From Patescibacteria group bacterium (GTDB taxonomy: Bacteria > Pseudomonadota > Alphaproteobacteria > Micavibrionales > UBA2020): a stretch of 63,435 nt of DNA. Under the pieces are notes generated by a model. It was not told the origin of the DNA. It searched no databases and was given only the letters and a program-made list of their open reading frames with translations. The position numbers were made by a program, and so were the translations under genes. Of the stretch, positions 61,773 through 63,435 are shown piece after piece. The stretch covers positions 1-63,435 of the forward strand of contig DASPMW010000106.1 in NCBI GenBank assembly GCA_035626855.1, written 5' to 3'. Numbering within the stretch: the stretch's first letter is position 1; every line of letters starts with the position of its first letter.

Positions 61773-62858
61773 TCAGGCTGCGTCTGCCACATGATTCAGC
61801 TTGCCGCCGACCATCGGATGTGGCACCCCGGTCGTCTTCGGGAAGCTGATTGGCAGCCCGCGATAACTGCGCACCGCCATAAAGGCAAAAGCCTCCGCCT
61901 CGATCGCATCGCCGTTCAGGCCGATATCGTCGATCGAGAGCACGGGAGCGGCCAGTTTTTCACGCAACATCGCCATGATTGTATTGTTCAGGCGGCCGCC
62001 GCCGGCGACAATCCATTCGCGCGGTTTCTCAGGCAGGAAGAACAGCGCGTTTGCAACGCTATGGGCGGTGAAGGCGGCGAGCGTTGCCGCGCCGTCCTCT
62101 ACGGAAAGATTCTCCCAAGCTGCAGAGACAAACGCGTTGCGGTCGAGCGATTTCGGCGGCTTTTCGGAGAAAAACTTGTCATTGAGCAGGTCGGTCAGAA
62201 TCGGAAGATTGACCATGCCGCGAGCCGCCGTTGCGCCGTAATCGTCGCGTGCCGCACCCGTTTTCCGCAGCATCCAATCATCGATCAAAGCATTGCCGGG
62301 GCCGGTATCAAATGCAATAACCTCGTCCCCGATATAGGTCAGGTTCGCGACGCCGCCGATATTGAGAAAGGCGACAGGCTTCGCGCGGCTGGCGGCAAGA
62401 GCCTGATGATAGACGGGTACGAGCGGCGCCCCCTGGCCGCCTGCCTGCACGTCAGCGGAACGGAAATCGTTTACGACCGGTATCCCCGTCAGCTGTGCCA
62501 GCAACGCGCCATCGCCGAGCTGGCAGGTCCACTTATTCTTCGGGTCATGGGCGACCGTCTGGCCGTGGAAACCGATCAGGTTTATGTCCGATGGCTTCAG
62601 GTTGCACTGTGTCAGCAGCTGCATGACAACCGCTGCCTGCGCGCGTGTTATCTCGCGCTCGACCTCGCCTGCACCCGGCAATTCTGCCGGCGTGATGTTC
62701 AGCGCCGCGCGGATGCGGTCTCGCAACCCGTCTTCGTAGGGCACCGTCAGGAAGCCAAGGCGTGTGATCCGGGTCTCGCCGTCAGTTTCAATCACCGCTG
62801 CGTCAATGCCGTCCAGTGACGTGCCGCTCATCAGGCCGATCGCTTGAAATCTGGTCAT
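61773..62858 (-). CDS. anmK: Anhydro-N-acetylmuramic acid kinase
   Basis: GLMSGTSLDGID, GFHGQTV, GQGAPLVP, NIGGVAN, DTGPGN, EAEAFA. Confidence 0.95.
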   Translation of the reverse strand: MTRFQAIGLMSGTSLDGIDAAVIETDGETRITRLGFLTVPYEDGLRDRIRAALNITPAELPGAGEVEREITRAQAAVVMQLLTQCNLKPSDINLIGFHGQTVAHDPKNKWTCQLGDGALLAQLTGIPVVNDFRSADVQAGGQGAPLVPVYHQALAASRAKPVAFLNIGGVANLTYIGDEVIAFDTGPGNALIDDWMLRKTGAARDDYGATAARGMVNLPILTDLLNDKFFSEKPPKSLDRNAFVSAAWENLSVEDGAATLAAFTAHSVANALFFLPEKPREWIVAGGGRLNNTIMAMLREKLAAPVLSIDDIGLNGDAIEAEAFAFMAVRSYRGLPISFPKTTGVPHPMVGGKLNHVADAA

Positions 62859-62928
62859 TTTTTGGCCGCCTTGGCTTTTAAGGATTGTCCATATATTATA
62901 GTAACCCGCTATAGAAAGGCAGGCAAGG

Positions 62929-63435
62929 ATGCGCTCGGAATTCGTTAAAACAATGCAGGAACGGGGTTTCCTGCATCAATGCACCGATCTCGAGGGGTTG
63001 GACAAAAAACTGAGCGATGGCATCGTCACCTGCTACACGGGCTATGACGCGACCGCGAGCAGCCTGCATGTCGGCAGCCTGCTGTCGATCATGATGATGC
63101 GCTGGTTCCAGAAGCTGGGGCATAAGCCGATCGTATTGATGGGGGGCGGCACCACCAAAGTCGGCGATCCCTCCGGTAAGGATGAAAGCCGGAAAATGCT
63201 GACCGAGCAGGACATCGCCGGAAACATTGCCGGTATCCAAAACGTCTTTTCCAAATTTGTGAAATTCGGCAGCGGCGCGACAGACGCTGTCATGGTCAAC
63301 AACGCCGACTGGCTCGAAAAACTTAACTACATCGATTTTCTGCGCGATTACGGCCGTCATTTCACGATCAACCGTATGATGACGTTCGACAGCGTGAAGA
63401 CGCGCCTGGAGCGCGAACAGCCGCTGACCTTCCTT
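62929..63435 (+). CDS. tyrS: Tyrosine--tRNA ligase (5' part, runs off the window)
   Basis: [14 protein letters not shown]..., [12 protein letters not shown] (HIGH-like), VGDPSGK, NNADWL. Confidence 0.95.
   Translation, partial: MRSEFVKTMQERGFLHQCTDLEGLDKKLSDGIVTCYTGYDATASSLHVGSLLSIMMMRWFQKLGHKPIVLMGGGTTKVGDPSGKDESRKMLTEQDIAGNIAGIQNVFSKFVKFGSGATDAVMVNNADWLEKLNYIDFLRDYGRHFTINRMMTFDSVKTRLEREQPLTFL

Overview
GC-rich (about 62%) alphaproteobacterial chromosomal window. The lineage is inferred from cckA, CtrA boxes, a sigma54 flgB promoter, EcfG-type promoters and a GAAC-N7-GTAC SOS box. The orphan-rich gene content is compatible with a Micavibrio-like lineage, but that is not provable here. From left to right: a flagellar export/basal-body cluster (fliP, fliO, flgB, flgC, fliE, fliQ, fliR, flhB), cckA with a Cle-like CheY, a tandem NlpC/P60 protein, and an about 7.5 kb general-stress island with seven GGAAC-N16/17-C(G/A)TT promoters that encodes cyanophycinase plus isoaspartyl peptidase. 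Then deoC, recA, a signal-less class D beta-lactamase-like gene, smpB, dapA, slt, a kinase-REC-PP2C/STAS partner-switch pair and a DUF58/BatA-DUF4159 operon. Then rsmB-like, a guaB-like gene whose catalytic Cys loop and flap are destroyed, rlmE, orphan genes including a protein-glutaminase-like ORF, and housekeeping genes (rpe, rsmB, M16 pair, pgi, prolyl oligopeptidase, lepA, sua5, anmK, partial tyrS). I saw no rRNA, tRNA, CRISPR array, integrase or transposase. Best leads: (1) an apparently catalytically dead IMPDH with intact CBS domains at the usual guaB position; (2) the EcfG-regulon island with a cyanophycin-degradation pair and no synthetase in the window; (3) a secreted or anchored dead+active tandem NlpC/P60 hydrolase; (4) CtrA-box promoters in front of orphan genes. 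All family calls come from motif recognition by eye; no searches were run.
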